Source: Paraphysomonas bandaiensis (lineage: Eukaryota; Protista; Chrysophyceae). From it: 64,000 bases of DNA. The notes below the pieces were generated by a model. It saw only the letters and a list, made by a program, of their open reading frames with translations. It searched no databases and had not been told where the DNA came from. Positions 1 through 13,978 of this stretch are shown here, piece by piece. The stretch covers positions 248,001 to 312,000 of the forward strand of contig CBFFRP010000066.1 of NCBI GenBank assembly GCA_965644295.1. Direction: 5' to 3'. How positions within the stretch are numbered: position 1 is the first letter of the stretch; each line of letters opens with the position of its first letter. Position numbers and translations under genes: made by a program.

Positions 1-79
1 GAACTACCATCCGCTACCATGACAGAATTAGACATTACACTGAAGTTAACTTTAATCTACACGTAAATCTTAATCATGC

Positions 80-690
80 TGTTGAACACAATGCACTTTC
101 AAGTAAGAAGCATGATTATTAATCTATACACTTCACACTATTCACTATATTCATGTAGCATCTGCTGAACATCTGCTCACAGCAACATCTGTGCATCACA
201 TGATCATCAGTCACTCCCATGTATCTTATATAGTCACACATCAGTAACTGAATTTAATACCTTTGGAACTATAATCATACAATCATACGTTACTGTTAAG
301 TTTTGCTGTTGGAGCAATTAAAAGCTGTAATTCTAAGGTATTGGAATTATGACCGTTAGTGTATTATGAGAACTAACAACATGATAGCTATTGTAGTAAT
401 GAAACTGAATATAATATGTTGATCATACAAGATAGTGACGATGAAAGATCGTACAAGAAATGATTGGTCGTAGAGAGTAGAGATAATAACATGAAATTGA
501 TAAATGAGAAGAGATATTGATTACTATTTATAATAAGATTAATGAGTGAATACACGTCCAGTTAACTTAGTAAATCATCCGATTGTGTCATAACTTGACA
601 GTTACACCAATGAGATGACTTCACTTATTGCACACTATTAACTCACTTCAATTGCACAATATATATCACAACATACTGCAGAACTCAACA
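80..690 (-). mobile_element. Degenerate LTR-like element bounded by TGTTGA...TCAACA, interrupted by the solo LTR at 294-600
   Basis: Inverted termini TGTTGAA (80) and CTCAACA (690); the minus strand starts TGTTGAGTTCTGC like the LTRs at 47702 and 49173; uninterrupted counterpart at 16054-16340. No TSD recognisable. Confidence 0.5.
294..600 (+). mobile_element. Solo LTR (307 bp, Ty1/copia-like) with 5-bp TSD GTTAC
   Basis: TGTTAAG...CTTGACA termini; GTTAC at 289-293 and 601-605; absent from the duplicated copy (single GCTAC at ~16251); closely related copy at 47702-48018. Confidence 0.88.
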
Positions 691-1550
691 TGTGTTGCGC
701 TTGAGTGAAAAACAACTTCCAACCTGCCAAGATCACCTCGTCTAAGGGGCAATTGTTTGGTATAACATACAGACTGCGTATATACTTTCCCAGATCAGTT
801 GGTAGGTACTTCTCAACATAGCCTCATCTAATTACGGAACTTTGTAAACCCTTTTACCGTTCGCGTTTGTAGTGAACCTTCCAACGCATCGTAAGTTATT
901 TTGTACATAGCACAATATATAGCCTCTTACACTTCCTTATTTACACTTCATCATACAATCGACCTGTCAATGATACTCGCAAGAAAACTTCGTAAACGCT
1001 GTAGGTTATACAACCGATGCTTAGATTGTACAACATGGCAATAAATGACACCGATAAAAATGTTTTACAAATATGGTTTGATGTTCTAAAGTAAAGAGAA
1101 ACTCCAACAACTTAAGGTCGCAAAATTTCTATAAAGATATATATACTCCAACCACATAGAGAACAACAAAAGAATCATCGAACTCTACTCATATAACCAC
1201 TACATATATTTACCGTTACAGATATGTACTTACAGCTATCGTTGTATATACGAAATAAAAAAGTAACAACATAGTTTGCTGAACTTCACTATAGTTGACA
1301 TACCACAACAATTGCGTCTCTAACACGCATAATTCCATACCATTACGTACACAACACAACCACAAAAAACATATCCTCCTGTACCGCACTACACTCATTT
1401 CCTTGCATAGAACAAACACTGAAAGCGCGGGAACTGTAACAAGAATCTCCCGATGCGTTCGTTTGACTGCATCGACGACTGGCATTGTTTTAACCTATAA
1501 ACTGGTTAGTTCCCTTTACTCTCACAATGAGATTCAGATGCGACAAAATG

Positions 1551-4500
1551 CTAAAGTGCACGGCATAAAAAGTCATCATCTTCCCACTGTATTTCCTCCA
1601 CAACATCGCCAAAACCCTCCAGCCCTGGCTCATTTTCAGTTGCCACAGCATTCTCTGCACTTAGTGAACAGCTATCAATCGTCGTGATTGCATCTTTACC
1701 GAGTACCCACGCATCAGAAACAGATCTGTGGTTCATTAATCCACCCAACGAATTATTCGATTCCTCTAATTCAGTTTTCTCTTCATTGTGATAAAACTCT
1801 CCAGATCTTGTCCCTCCCACGCAGCGTGTTAAAATATCATCCTGCTTTTGGCTTTCCTGGCATTTTCCCAAACTTCCAATATCAACATGTAGTATCTTTT
1901 CCAACCACTCCGACACGACCCGGTCATCGAAGTCTGATTCATCTCCTATCAGGACAGGCCACCGCAACTCATTCTGCATCATATACATCGAATCAGGACC
2001 ATATTCATCACTATCCTCCCACGACACATGTCCATCATGCACCGTTCCAATATCTGATGGAGCGGACGAACACACACTTGAGTGTGCATGTGCAGAACCG
2101 TCACCTAGAACTACCCCTATAGATCCCGTGCGCTTATCTTCACATGTTGAAGGAGACGAACATCTCCGAATCCGTGAGGTAAACACGTTTGGCGGAGGAT
2201 GGGATTCTCTTTGCACCGTATCGGCATTACTCTTCCTCGGCTCGTTGTCGAAATCGTTCTCAGTGTCAGCAGGATGCACACTACGAGGTGATACAGACGG
2301 AGGGACAACTGAAACACTCTCGATGGATGGAAGAGTGTCTGCAAAATCTAATCGAGTTGATCCTCTACCTGAAATCGTCATAAAATGAAGTATGATAGCA
2401 ACTGTCACACATGGAACAAAGGCTAACACTGGATTCAGCCTGAAGAGTCGTACGTGTAAGACAACTATATAACCCAATCCAAATGTACTGACAATCTCCA
2501 GGACCATGTCTTGAATCGGTTCAGGCAGCTCAATCATACTCGTAACCGCAAATAACAGCACTCTACTGAAGGCTTGGGTCAAAATCTCAAACCTCGTATC
2601 GTAATTACGCTGCATTGATCGTGTCTTGGTCTTCACTGATTTCTTCGGCCACGGTGTGGAATATTGCTCTATTAGTCTACTCTCTGGAAGATTTGGATAC
2701 AATGACGCCAATCTGACGGAGGGGTAAAGATACCTTGCAGCGTTGAATCCGTCATCAGAAGCACTCAAAAGAGATCGGTAATTTTTCGAATTTTGTTTGA
2801 ATGAAACTATATCATGAGTCACTTTTCTTTTAATCTTCATGGCATCTTTCATTGTCATAAATGGAATGGCAATATGTTGAATAATTACCATACCAGTACA
2901 TACAAGTGTTATATTAAATATAAGCCACACAACAAAACTGTAAAACCAAGCCTTCTGCCGAGTTTCTGTTTGTCGCATTGCAAATAGGTATATATACAGC
3001 AACATCGCAGCCATCACCACAGAGAGAAAAATCCACGTGCAAACTTTCGCAAATAACGTAGCCTTTCTCTTGGGGGCATTATCACGGCGATCTTTAGCAT
3101 CCAATATCTGACCATTTGCACTGTCCATAAGATCCTTGATGAATAGATAAACTAACCTCTTGTTCTTATTTTCTCTGGTTATACTTGGATTACCAAAATA
3201 TAAAGCTTCGCGCTGTACAAGCTTACGAACATTACTTAACTCTGAGAGGATCACTGCTTGCCCAGTGTTTTCGGAATGCTCAGTAAAACAGGCGAATAAT
3301 TTCGTTAGTTTCAAAATCATGCTGTCTTTGACATCAGCAGTAAGTTCTTCCCCCCAAACACCTACAAAACAAAAAGCACTATCAGCACAATATATACCGT
3401 ATCTCAATAATACTTACAATCAAACTCCTCCCGCTCAGAATCCGTTAGTACACTTCGAAATCGTTTGATATCGTTCAAAAGACGGGCAAAATCTTCATGA
3501 AGAGTAGATTCATATACAGTACTCGAAATTTCAACCATTGGAACACTGTTATTATACGATGTGAAATTCTCAATATGTGCTGCGTCACGACTGTCCCCAC
3601 GCTCCAGCGTGCTAATTCTCGACAATTGTCTTCTCCGCTGTACTTTGCCCTCCTGTCTTGTCTCAGCCGATAAAACGAACATAATTAGACTTTGCAATGA
3701 TACCGCTATCGGTGTACTAATAGCTGCTGCAAATAGTGCTACCATGAGCACACGCTCGAAATCGTTACTTATCGGTCGAATATAGCAACTTTCTTCCGCA
3801 GCATCCCAGTAACACTTACTCTCACTTCTAGACAACGATGACTTCTCTTTCATGCACCTTTCCCTGCTAGTGTAGGTTTCACACGAACCATCATCAGGGT
3901 CAGCGATGTCATATGTGATGGCCTCAATGAAGAGCATCGTCAGAATGTTCATAAGAAGGGACATGATACGGATGGGACGTGAATATGTCGGTGAATAATG
4001 ACATACCACACCGATCCAGCGGTGATATATCTGTACTTCATTCGACACTTTCTTCCAGAGTGGAACTCGTCTCAATACCATCGGTAGCGCATCTTCGATC
4101 ATCTGCACATCTTTATTACTAACAGAGTTTTGAACCTTTGCTTGTGCCAACTTTGCCCTGCCAAATTGCGGCTGTACGGTTACATTACTGCTGGACCGAA
4201 ACACGCGTGCATTTATCGCATCCATTAAGGAAGATGATTTTGTTATTAACTGTCGACCGCTTCTACTGCTAGTGGGAGTAACTCTATTACGTCGTGATAA
4301 AAGTGATGATATCTTGTGAATGCCTTCTCTTTCTATACTCTTCAAAGAATCCCTTTCGGAGGCTTTATCACGATTGTCCAAATGATAGGCACCTATAACA
4401 GAGAGCATTCCAAAAAGTCCTATAAACCCAACCGTGAGTAGAACGCGAATACTTCCCACAACATCACGACCACTTAAATCATCTGCACTTGTCCATGTAT

Positions 4501-7500
4501 CCACAAACTCAATCAATATAGAGCGGCTCACTGAAGTAAAGTCAACAGACACCGCACTGCCGTCAGATGATTCTGACTCCTGCATTCGTCGCCGCTGCCT
4601 CTCCAAAGGAAGCGTGCATTCACATGTTATATTGGAGCCAGTGTATTCTATCATCGTACACGATATATTGTCGTCCCCAATAGCATCACACGTAACTGAG
4701 AAATCATGAACAGGGCATGAACGGGATACAGTTCCTGATGAAGACCCGTTACATGATAGAGTGATAACATCTCCTGCCGGACATTTGTACTCTTGCGATA
4801 TCGGTTCTCCTTTCTCACAATCTAAATAGAGAGTGTCGATATCACTGCCATTAGACACATGACTCTCGGGGATACTCTTCACATTCTGTAAGACAACAGT
4901 CACGTTACAGACATTAGATGAAGAAGAATTGCAGGGGGAGTTGTCAAAGCGAAGACCAAAAGGAACACTTAAAGCATACGCATCATTACTGAAGTGAGAC
5001 ACTAAGGATTCAACAACAGCAACTTTAAACGCAGTTTGATACGCACTCTGAGGTATCACTGCAGTCTGAGAGCTCGAGCCTACCAAATCTTCAAGAATAG
5101 TTCGAGGTGAGGTGACAGTAGAATTGTCCCGACCATCAAGAGATAAACACGTGAAGCGAAACAAATTACTCACTACATCAATTGAGTTCTGCCCTTCAAC
5201 CATATCCAGCAATATGAAGTCGTAGTAGGCTTGATATAATACAAAGGATGTTCTCCCGGCAGATGGGTCGGCATCAAGAACTAAGTCTAGAACAGTGCTC
5301 ACCGCAGTGATGTCTTCATAAGACAAGCCAAGATCAATGGCATCTGCAATGAACTCCACTGCCAAGGATGCTATCAAATCTTTCGTTTTATCCTCTATAC
5401 CTCGTGGATCGCTGCATATAGAGGCCAAACCTTCTATCCATGAGACAAGAGTATCTGCTGAAGGGTCTTCCAAGAGCGAGACACTACGAATCGCTTCCGC
5501 AAGCTGATGTCGTGTTTGTAAAGTCTGATTAAATTCATCTACGGTGTACTCACACGACTGGCCAGTGAAGCCATCGTAACAAACGCAGATAGCTTTGCAG
5601 TGAACACTCAGCACACTGCAAGTAGTGTACGTGACATTGACATCGTATACAGATACGTATTGGCAATACCCAGAATACGAACAATCTCCAGGACAGGCCT
5701 TAGGCATGACAACACATACATTGGAATCGCACATTTCCCACTGCGTGACGTCACAGTCACTGTTTCGGGTGCATGATGTCGGAATCGACGAACCCATTGA
5801 AAGGCGTCTTCTCTTGTCATCGCTCAAGTGTAAACAGTATGTATTCGCATGTCCACTTTCGCCAGCATACCCTTCCAAACACTCTCCACATGTACTCGCA
5901 GTAGTCGTGCAGTCGAATCTATTCAGACTTGTACAGTTAGGGGCGGAAGAGCAATTCACACTGTTTAGAATTGAGGCAGTGGTTGCAATTGCCTTTTTCA
6001 TCTCATCAGCATAGCCATTCGAGTTCGCAAGAGCATCTGTGAGGTAGTTTTGTTTGTCCTCTGCAGAGAGCTCCTGCCTCTTTACCTCCACAGACCGATA
6101 GGAAGCAATCTTGGCACCAAGAATGTCAAAAACTTGCACTCTCGTTCTGAGCATGAAATCCGCAGAATCTTTCCCTGCCGGCAAGTCGGTAGACACATAA
6201 GAGAGCTCCAACCGTGACCGGTGAACAAGATATGCTCCAGATGAGCCTTGATAAGCGAATTCGTAAGATAACGGAATATCAGAATCTTCCCACTTTGAAG
6301 CCAAAAATGTAAATTCCGTGACAAGCATTGTGCCTGTAGGTGGCGAAACAGAGTAGCTACCCGGATATGGAGGAGAATTAGTCGATATCGTTATGGCAGC
6401 AGTCGCAGCGTACCCTGTATCTAGGCTGCATGCAAGTTGGAAGCTAAATTTCGACTCCTGGGGTAGAGTGTTAGGTGGTAACACCAGACTCAACGTATAC
6501 ACTTCCCGAGTAGACGCTGGAGGTGCTATCGCTTTTGTCACTTCGGACAGTGAAACCGATTTCAGGTGTATTGACGGATCATCAACAGACCAAGTTGCTG
6601 TACCACCTGCGGCAACTTCCACGGTGGCAAGTAATTTGAATTTCTGAGAGGGATTGATTCGAGTCCCGCTTGACGATGAAAGGGTCACTAATGGAGCCAG
6701 AGATGGAAGAACAGTGACTACAACTGTTGCAGTAGAAGATCGAAAATCTTTTGTGTGAACAACCTTCACAGTCAGCTGATGAACGCTATTGATCATCGAA
6801 TCGCTGTTATTCTTAGGAACAGATACTGACACCTGTGAAGGTGAAATAGCTGACATAACCAAGTCGCTGACAGCTTTGTATGACGGATAGGTTTGTGCAC
6901 AGGTAAAGGCAAACGACAATTCCGCACCAATGCCTGTGGCTTCGTTATTATCTTCATCGTAGCTTCCAGACGCATCAACATATGTTGAGCTATCCGTTCG
7001 AACACCTCTACTAGATGATCCAGACACCTTCGCAACAACCAACCCTTTGACTACTGTCACAGACACCGAAGCAGAGGAATACTTCAACGAAACTGTGTGC
7101 TGAGCTGTCAGGGTTACAGTATATACAGTCCCAACTTCCAGAGTGTAAGGCAACAACTTGAACGTCCGCGGGTCACTCGCTTGAGAAACTAAGCTGAGAG
7201 GGGCCCCTTGTGCAAATATTTTCCAAGAATATTGTATATTCGCAGTGCTGGTCGCCCCACCACATACGGAGGTGTAAGCTTGACCAGTGACTGATAGCGG
7301 AGAATATCTGTACTGCAACCTCAGCTTCTTAGAATTCAAAGATACTACAGGAACATTCTCAGATGAAGAAACAACAAAAGAATGCGTTGACCTCCCACAA
7401 CCACCGATAAAATTACACATAACTACAGAAATACTGTATGCAAATCCTGGATACAGTACGGCCCGTGGCACTATCAAGACGCCTGATGCTTCGTAATTGG

Positions 7501-10500
7501 CGTTTAAATAAGCACTAACCAAGGAAACGTTCTCATGAGTTCCATAAACATAAAATGATACATTCACAAAGGGGCGCCCCCCTGATCCCTTGGATCCAGA
7601 AATATCTATAGGTAGTGAGTCACATGGTCCAATCTGAGAAGGTGATATAATCGATAGAGCGGGAACAATAGGCGTTTGCGGAGCATGTACTCTTATAGAG
7701 GCCAACGAACTAAATTGCCAAGTACTGCAAGCAGGACCGTTGTTCAGGACTTTACATTTAGCTCGAATCTTATTCGCTCGCAGTGTAATTACATCAGACA
7801 CACCAACTACTCCACTCGCCCCAGGAAATATCGACACTCTGGAATCATCAACCCATAGACACCTCGTATCCTTCTGAATACCGGGAAACGAAAATACATC
7901 CATGCAGTTGAAATTATTGGTATATCCTGCACGATTGGTGGGTGCATCAAACAGCACTAGAATCTTAGTTCCATCTTTAAAAAAGGTCGCAGATTTCAAT
8001 ACTGGAACCGCAGGTTCCGCATCAACAGCAAGCACAGTGATAAAACTTGAGGGAATATAGGAAATGACATAATCACTTGCTGATAATCCTGACATTGTAA
8101 ATACCAAGGCGTACACACCAGCGTGCTGGCGAATATACGCCACATACTCAACAGTTGACGAAGTGAAAACCACAGACGATGGGACAAACGGATATACTGT
8201 TGAGTTTTGAATGGCAGCCAATGATACATTTAAGTCATGAGGTATTACATCACCAGCATCGAGCTTCAATGCAACAGCCGTGTCTTCTCCACTCGAGTAC
8301 GAGGTCGCAATCAATTCAACATTTAAGGTTCGACAGCATGCCGTTTTTGCCGCTGATTTGGTCCCACGCATTAGATCATAATCCATTGGAGTGTCTAATG
8401 CTGAGTATGTAGCGCAGTACACATCGTAATCTGAAGACGCAATTAAACCGTCAATCATAAATGATACAGTCGTTGATGTAATCGATATCAAGTCATTGTG
8501 AAGAAGAAGAGTACTAACAGTAGAAGGAACAAATGAATCCGACGTTAGATACGCTGCGCAAACGAGAGACCCTTCCGGTATATCAACAGTTACTGTGGCT
8601 GTAATCGAGGTAGTTGTGCTGGATACAGTTATACTCAATATATCCGATGCCACTGATAACTCGGTAAAAGCTATGTGCAATATGTTTAATATCGTAGGGT
8701 AAAGGGGTTTCTCAACCTCATCACATGGACTATCGTATATGATCGCAGATGGTTTAACAGTTGATGGCGTGCATGGAGAGCTGGTACAGTTCGCACACAG
8801 GAACGCCGAAGTCATGCTCCCACAACGGCCCACCATCCAACTCGTATCATGACATTTGAAAGACATGGAAGAAGAAACGGTTGCCTTGGATACTGACAGA
8901 AGTGTGGCCACAATATCAGCAGCAGTTGCGCTATCGTTACAAGTCACAGTCACTGATTTGAGGTCAGCTGAATAGTCTGTTGTCGATATCATACTGAGAG
9001 AAGAAGCTGCATAGGTAATCAATGCTGTCGCAATATTGTCATTGACGAAAACGTCCCATTCGTCACATGTACCGTACCCACGTTCACTCCTGACTACTAA
9101 GCTCGCAAAAGTACTTCTCGTTCCGAGGTCAATGCCATTGATATATGTATCATATTTCTCTTTCCACAGCGTCATGAATGATATGGACGGAGACAGAGAA
9201 GGTACAAACGTAGGACTCATGGAGAGTGTTGGTGGCAAAGTTGGATAGTGAGTAACTGTTGGAACTGGCGCGTATGTTGGTCGGTAAGTAGGAGATGACG
9301 TAGGTGCCCTAGTAGGAATACTAGTAGGTAAAAATGTGGGAAACCTTGTAGGTAATATTGTAGGTTTAGATGATGGCACTGAGGTGGGATAAGAGCTGGG
9401 ATCATTAGTGGGGATGTATGTGGGTTGTCCAGTCGGCTCCCCACTTGGCTGCCAACTCGGAACTGCGGTTGGCATAGCAGATGGTATACTAGAAGGTTGA
9501 CTACTAGGCGAGGCACTTGGGAACGATGAAGGCTGCCCAGATGGGTTCTCAGAAGGCTGGCCACTAGGCTGTCCAGAAGGTTGGCCAGTGGGTACTCCTG
9601 AGGGTTTCCCAGAAGGTCGGCTAGTAGGCCCATCAGTAGGTTGTCTAGAAGGTTCATCCGTGGGTTGTCCTGTAGGTTCCCCTGAAGGCTGACCAGACGG
9701 TTCGCCTGTAGGTTGGCCCGTGGGTTGCCATGTAGGTTCCCCTGACGGCTGACCAGACGGTTCACCTGTGGGTTCTCTGGAAGGCTGAGCGCTAGGCTCC
9801 CCTGACGGCTGACCAGACGGTTCACCAGTAGGTTGGCCAGATGGTTGTCCTGTAGGTTCACCAGATGGCTGTCCAGTAGGGATCCCAGATGGCAGTCCAG
9901 TAGGGATCTCAGATGGCTCACCTGTGGGTTGACATGACGGCTGTTCTGTAGGTTCCCCTGACGGCTGACCAGACGGTTCACCTGTGGGTTCTCTGGAAGG
10001 CTGAGCGCTAGGCTCCCCTGACGGCTGACCAGACGGTTCACCAGTAGGTTGGCCAGATGGTTGTCCTGTAGGTTCACCAGATGGCTGTCCAGTAGGGATC
10101 CCAGATGGCAGTCCAGTAGGGATCTCAGATGGCTCACCTGTGGGTTGACATGACGGCTGTTCTGTAGGTTCACCAGATGGCTGTCTGGTAGGGATCCCAG
10201 ATGGCCCACCTCTGGGTTGACATGACGGTTGCCCTGAAGGGAAAGGAGTCGGTGTAGGTGTGGGTACCAAGCATTCATGATAGGTGTTTTGTGTGAGGTA
10301 GAATGTAGTTAATTTAGTCATTGTGCATAGCTCGGAAGGGTAGACACCTGTGAACCTATTGTCCTCACCCCTTAAAATTTGTAATTTGGTTAGATTGGAA
10401 AAAGAGTCGGGGAGAAAACCCGCCAAGGAATTGTCATATAGATAGAGATAACGAATAGAAATCAGCTGACCCATTGACGAGGGCAGTGTACCCGTTAAGA

Positions 10501-13500
10501 AATTGTAATATAGATAGAGATCAACAAGAGAATTAAGCTGACCCAATGATGAGGGCAGAGTACCGCTGAGATAGTTGGAACCAACATTCAAATATGTCAA
10601 TGCAGTCATATCACCTATAGATGACGGGAGAGTACCCGTTAAGGAATTGTTATGTATATAGAGTTGAACAAGAGAAGTCATCTGACCCAATGATGAGGGA
10701 AGAGGACCCGTTAAGTAATTGGAATATAAATCGAGATAACGAAGAGAATTCAGCTGGCCCAATGATGAGGGAAGAGGACCCGTTAAGTAATTGGAATATA
10801 GACCGAGATAAATAAGAGTAGTCAGCTGACCCAATGACGAGGGAAGAGTACCGTCGAGAGAGTTCTCACCAATATCAAAAGATGTCAATGCAGTCATATC
10901 ATTGACAAAAGACGGGAAAGAACCAGTTAAGTAATTGGAATGTAGGCCGAGATAATTAAGAGAAGTCAGCTGACCCAATGATGGAGAGAGAGTACTGTCG
11001 AAAGTGTTCTCATCAATATCAAAAGGTGTCATTGCAGTCATATCATCGATAAAAGTCGGGAGAGGACCCGATAAGAAATTGTAATGTAGGCCGAGATAAA
11101 TAAGAGTAGTCAGCTGACCCAATGATGAGGGAAGAGTGCCCGTTAAGTAATTGGAATTGAGATAGAGATAACAAAGAGAATTCAGCTGACCCAATGATGG
11201 AGAGAGAGTACTGTCGAAAGTGTTCTCATCAATATCAAAAGGTGTCATTGCAGTCATATCATCGATAAAAGACGGGAGCGGACCCGACAAGAAATTGTAA
11301 TGTAGGCCGAGATAAATAAGAGTAGTCAGCTGACCCAATGATGAGGGAAGAGGACCCGTTAAGTAATTGGAATTTAGATCGAGTTCAACAAGAGAAGTCA
11401 GCTGACCCAATGATGAGGGAAGAGTGCCCGTTAAGTAATTGGAATTGAGATAGAGATAACTAAGTGAATTCAGCTGACCCAATGATGGAGAGAGAGTACT
11501 GTCGAAAGTGTTCTCATCAATATCAAAAGGTGTCATTGCAGTCATATCATCGATAAAAGACGGGAGAGGACCCGTTAAGTAATTGGAATTTAGATCGAGT
11601 TCAACAAGAGAAGTCAGCTGACCCAATGATGAGGGAAGAGTGCCCGTTAAGTAATTGGAATTGAGATAGAGATAACTAAGTGAATTCAGCTGACCCAATG
11701 ATGGAGAGAGAGTACTGTCGAAAGTGTTCTCATCAATATCAAAAGGTGTCATTGCAGTCATATCATCGATAAAAGACGGGAGAGGACCCGACAAGAAATT
11801 GTAATGTAGGCCGAGATAAATAAGAGTAGTCAGCTGACCCAATGATGAGGGAAGAGGACCCGTTAAGTAATTGGAATTTAGGTCGAGATCAACAAGAGAA
11901 GTCAGCTGACCCAATGATGAGGGAAGAGTGCCCGTTAAGTAATTGGAATTGAGATAGAGATAACAAAGAGAATTCAGCTGACCCAATGATGGAGAGAGAG
12001 TACTGTCGAAAGTGTTCTCATCAATATCAAAAGGTGTCATTGCAGTCATATCATCGATAAAAGACGGGAGAGGACCCGACAAGAAATTGTAATGTAGGCC
12101 GAGATAAATAAGAGTAGTCAGCTGACCCAATGATGAGGGAAGAGTACCCGTTAAGTAATTGGAATTTAGATCGAGATCAACAAGAGAAGTCAGCTGACCC
12201 AATGATGAGGGAAGAGTGCCCGTTAAGTAATTGGAATTGAGATAGAGATAACAAAGAGAATTCAGCTGACCCAATGATGGAGAGAGAGTACTGTCGAAAG
12301 TGTTCTCATCAATATCAAAAGATGTCATTGCAGTCATATCATCGATAAAAGACGGGAGAGGACCCGATAAGAAATTGTAATGTAGGCCGAGATAAATAAG
12401 AGTAGTCAGCTGACCCAATGATGAGGGAAGAGTACCCGTTAAGTAATTGGAATTTAGATCGAGTTCAACAAGAGAAGTCAGCTGACCCAATGATGAGGGA
12501 AGAGTGCCCGTTAAGTAATTGGAATTGAGATAGAGATAACTAAGTGAATTCAGCTGACCCAATGATGGAGAGAGAGTACTGTCGAAAGTGTTCTCATCAA
12601 TATCAAAAGGTGTCATTGCAGTCATATCATCGATAAAAGACGGGAGAGGACCCGTTAAGTAATTGGAATTTAGATCGAGTTCAACAAGAGAAGTCAGCTG
12701 ACCCAATGATGAGGGAAGAGTGCCCGTTAAGTAATTGGAATTGAGATAGAGATAACTAAGTGAATTCAGCTGGCCCAATGATGGAGAGAGAGTACTGTCG
12801 AAAGTGTTCTCATCAATATCAAAAGGTGTCATTGCAGTCATATCATCGATAAAAGACGGGAGAGGACCCGATAAGAAATTGTAATGTAGGCCGAGATAAA
12901 TAAGAGTAGTCAGCTGACCCAATGATGAGGGAAGAGTACCCGTTAAGTAATTGGAATTTAGATCGAGTTCAACAAGAGAAGTCAGCTGACCCAATGATGA
13001 GGGAAGAGTGCCCGTTAAGTAATTGGAATTGAGATAGAGATAACTAAGTGAATTCAGCTGACCCAATGATGGAGAGAGAGTACTGTCGAAAGTGTTCTCA
13101 TCAATATCAAAAGATGTCATTGCAGTCATATCATCGATAAAAGACGGGAGAGGACCCGTTAAGTAATTGGAATTTAGATCGAGTTCAACAAGAGAAGTCA
13201 GCTGACCCAATGATGAGGGAAGAGTGCCCGTTAAGTAATTGGAATTGAGATAGAGATAACTAAGTGAATTCAGCTGACCCAATGATGGAGAGAGAGTACT
13301 GTCGAAAGTGTTCTCATCAATATCAAAAGGTGTCATTGCAGTCATATCATCGATAAAAGACGGGAGAGGACCCGATAAGAAATTGTAATGTAGGCCGAGA
13401 TAAATAAGAGTAGTCATCTGACCCAATGATGAGGGAAGAGTACCTGTTAAGGAATTGTATTGTAGACCGAGGTCAACAAGAGAAGTCAGCTGGCCCAATG

Positions 13501-13978
13501 ATGAGGGCAATGTACCGATGAGTGAGTTGTAACCAATATCCAAATATGTCAATGCGGTCATATCACCGATAGACGAGGGGAGAGTACCTGTTAAGGAATT
13601 GTATTGTAGACCGAGGTCAACAAGAGAAGTCATCTGACCCAGTGATGAGGGCAGAGTACCACTGAGAGAGTTGTAACCAATATCCAAATATGTCAAAGCA
13701 GTCATATCGCCGATAGATGAGGGGAGAGATCCTGATATCCCTCCAAAAAATAAGCTCACTCCGGTTATGTTCGATCCTGAACAAGTGACTCCAGGGAAAC
13801 TGCACTTATTCCCCACATCCGCACAGGTCCACTCAGACCGTATGGAGGTAACATCAGTCGCCTGAATGAAGTCACACAGCGCTGCCTCTTGAGAGACAAC
13901 TGAGGCAACTGTGAGTGTTACGATACGAGAGTGAAATAAACTGATAAGCAGACATACACAGCGAATGGATGGATTCAT
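1551..13978 (-). CDS. Receptor gene 1 (body A): LRR / PT-repeat stalk / REJ-like / EGF / GPS-like / multi-TM polycystin-1-like protein, ~4123 aa; exons 13978-3418 and 3361-1551
   Basis: ORFs 3404..13978 and 1551..3407 join in frame through a 56-bp GTAAGT...TTGTAG intron (3362-3417). N-terminal hydrophobic leader, Cys cap, 47 LRRs, QPSGEPT repeats, DASGSYD and NSPPYPGSYSVSPPTG...FTFLASKWEDSDIPLSYEF (REJ-type motifs), EGF-like CPGDCSYSGYC...CVCYDGFTGQSC, several TM helices. Confidence 0.9.
9220..10270 (-). repeat. Coding PT-type (12-bp, 4-aa) mucin-like stalk repeats of gene 1
   Basis: P-S/T-G-Q/E tetrapeptides, including an internal ~180-bp duplication (…EQPSCQPTGEPSEIPTGLPSGIPTG… twice). Confidence 0.92.
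10355..13738 (-). repeat. LRR array of gene 1: 47 x 72 bp with 216/288-bp higher-order repeats
   Basis: Consensus LxGxLPSSLGQLTSLxxLxLxxN; the marker AGTACTGTCGAAAGTG recurs ten times at spacings of 216 or 288 bp. Confidence 0.95.

Noticed and set aside
1216-1687. Small ORFs 1216..1485 and 1295..1687 and their duplicates near 16827-17337
   Set aside because: 3' flank or antisense of the receptor genes; conserved only because the segment is duplicated; no recognisable motif.
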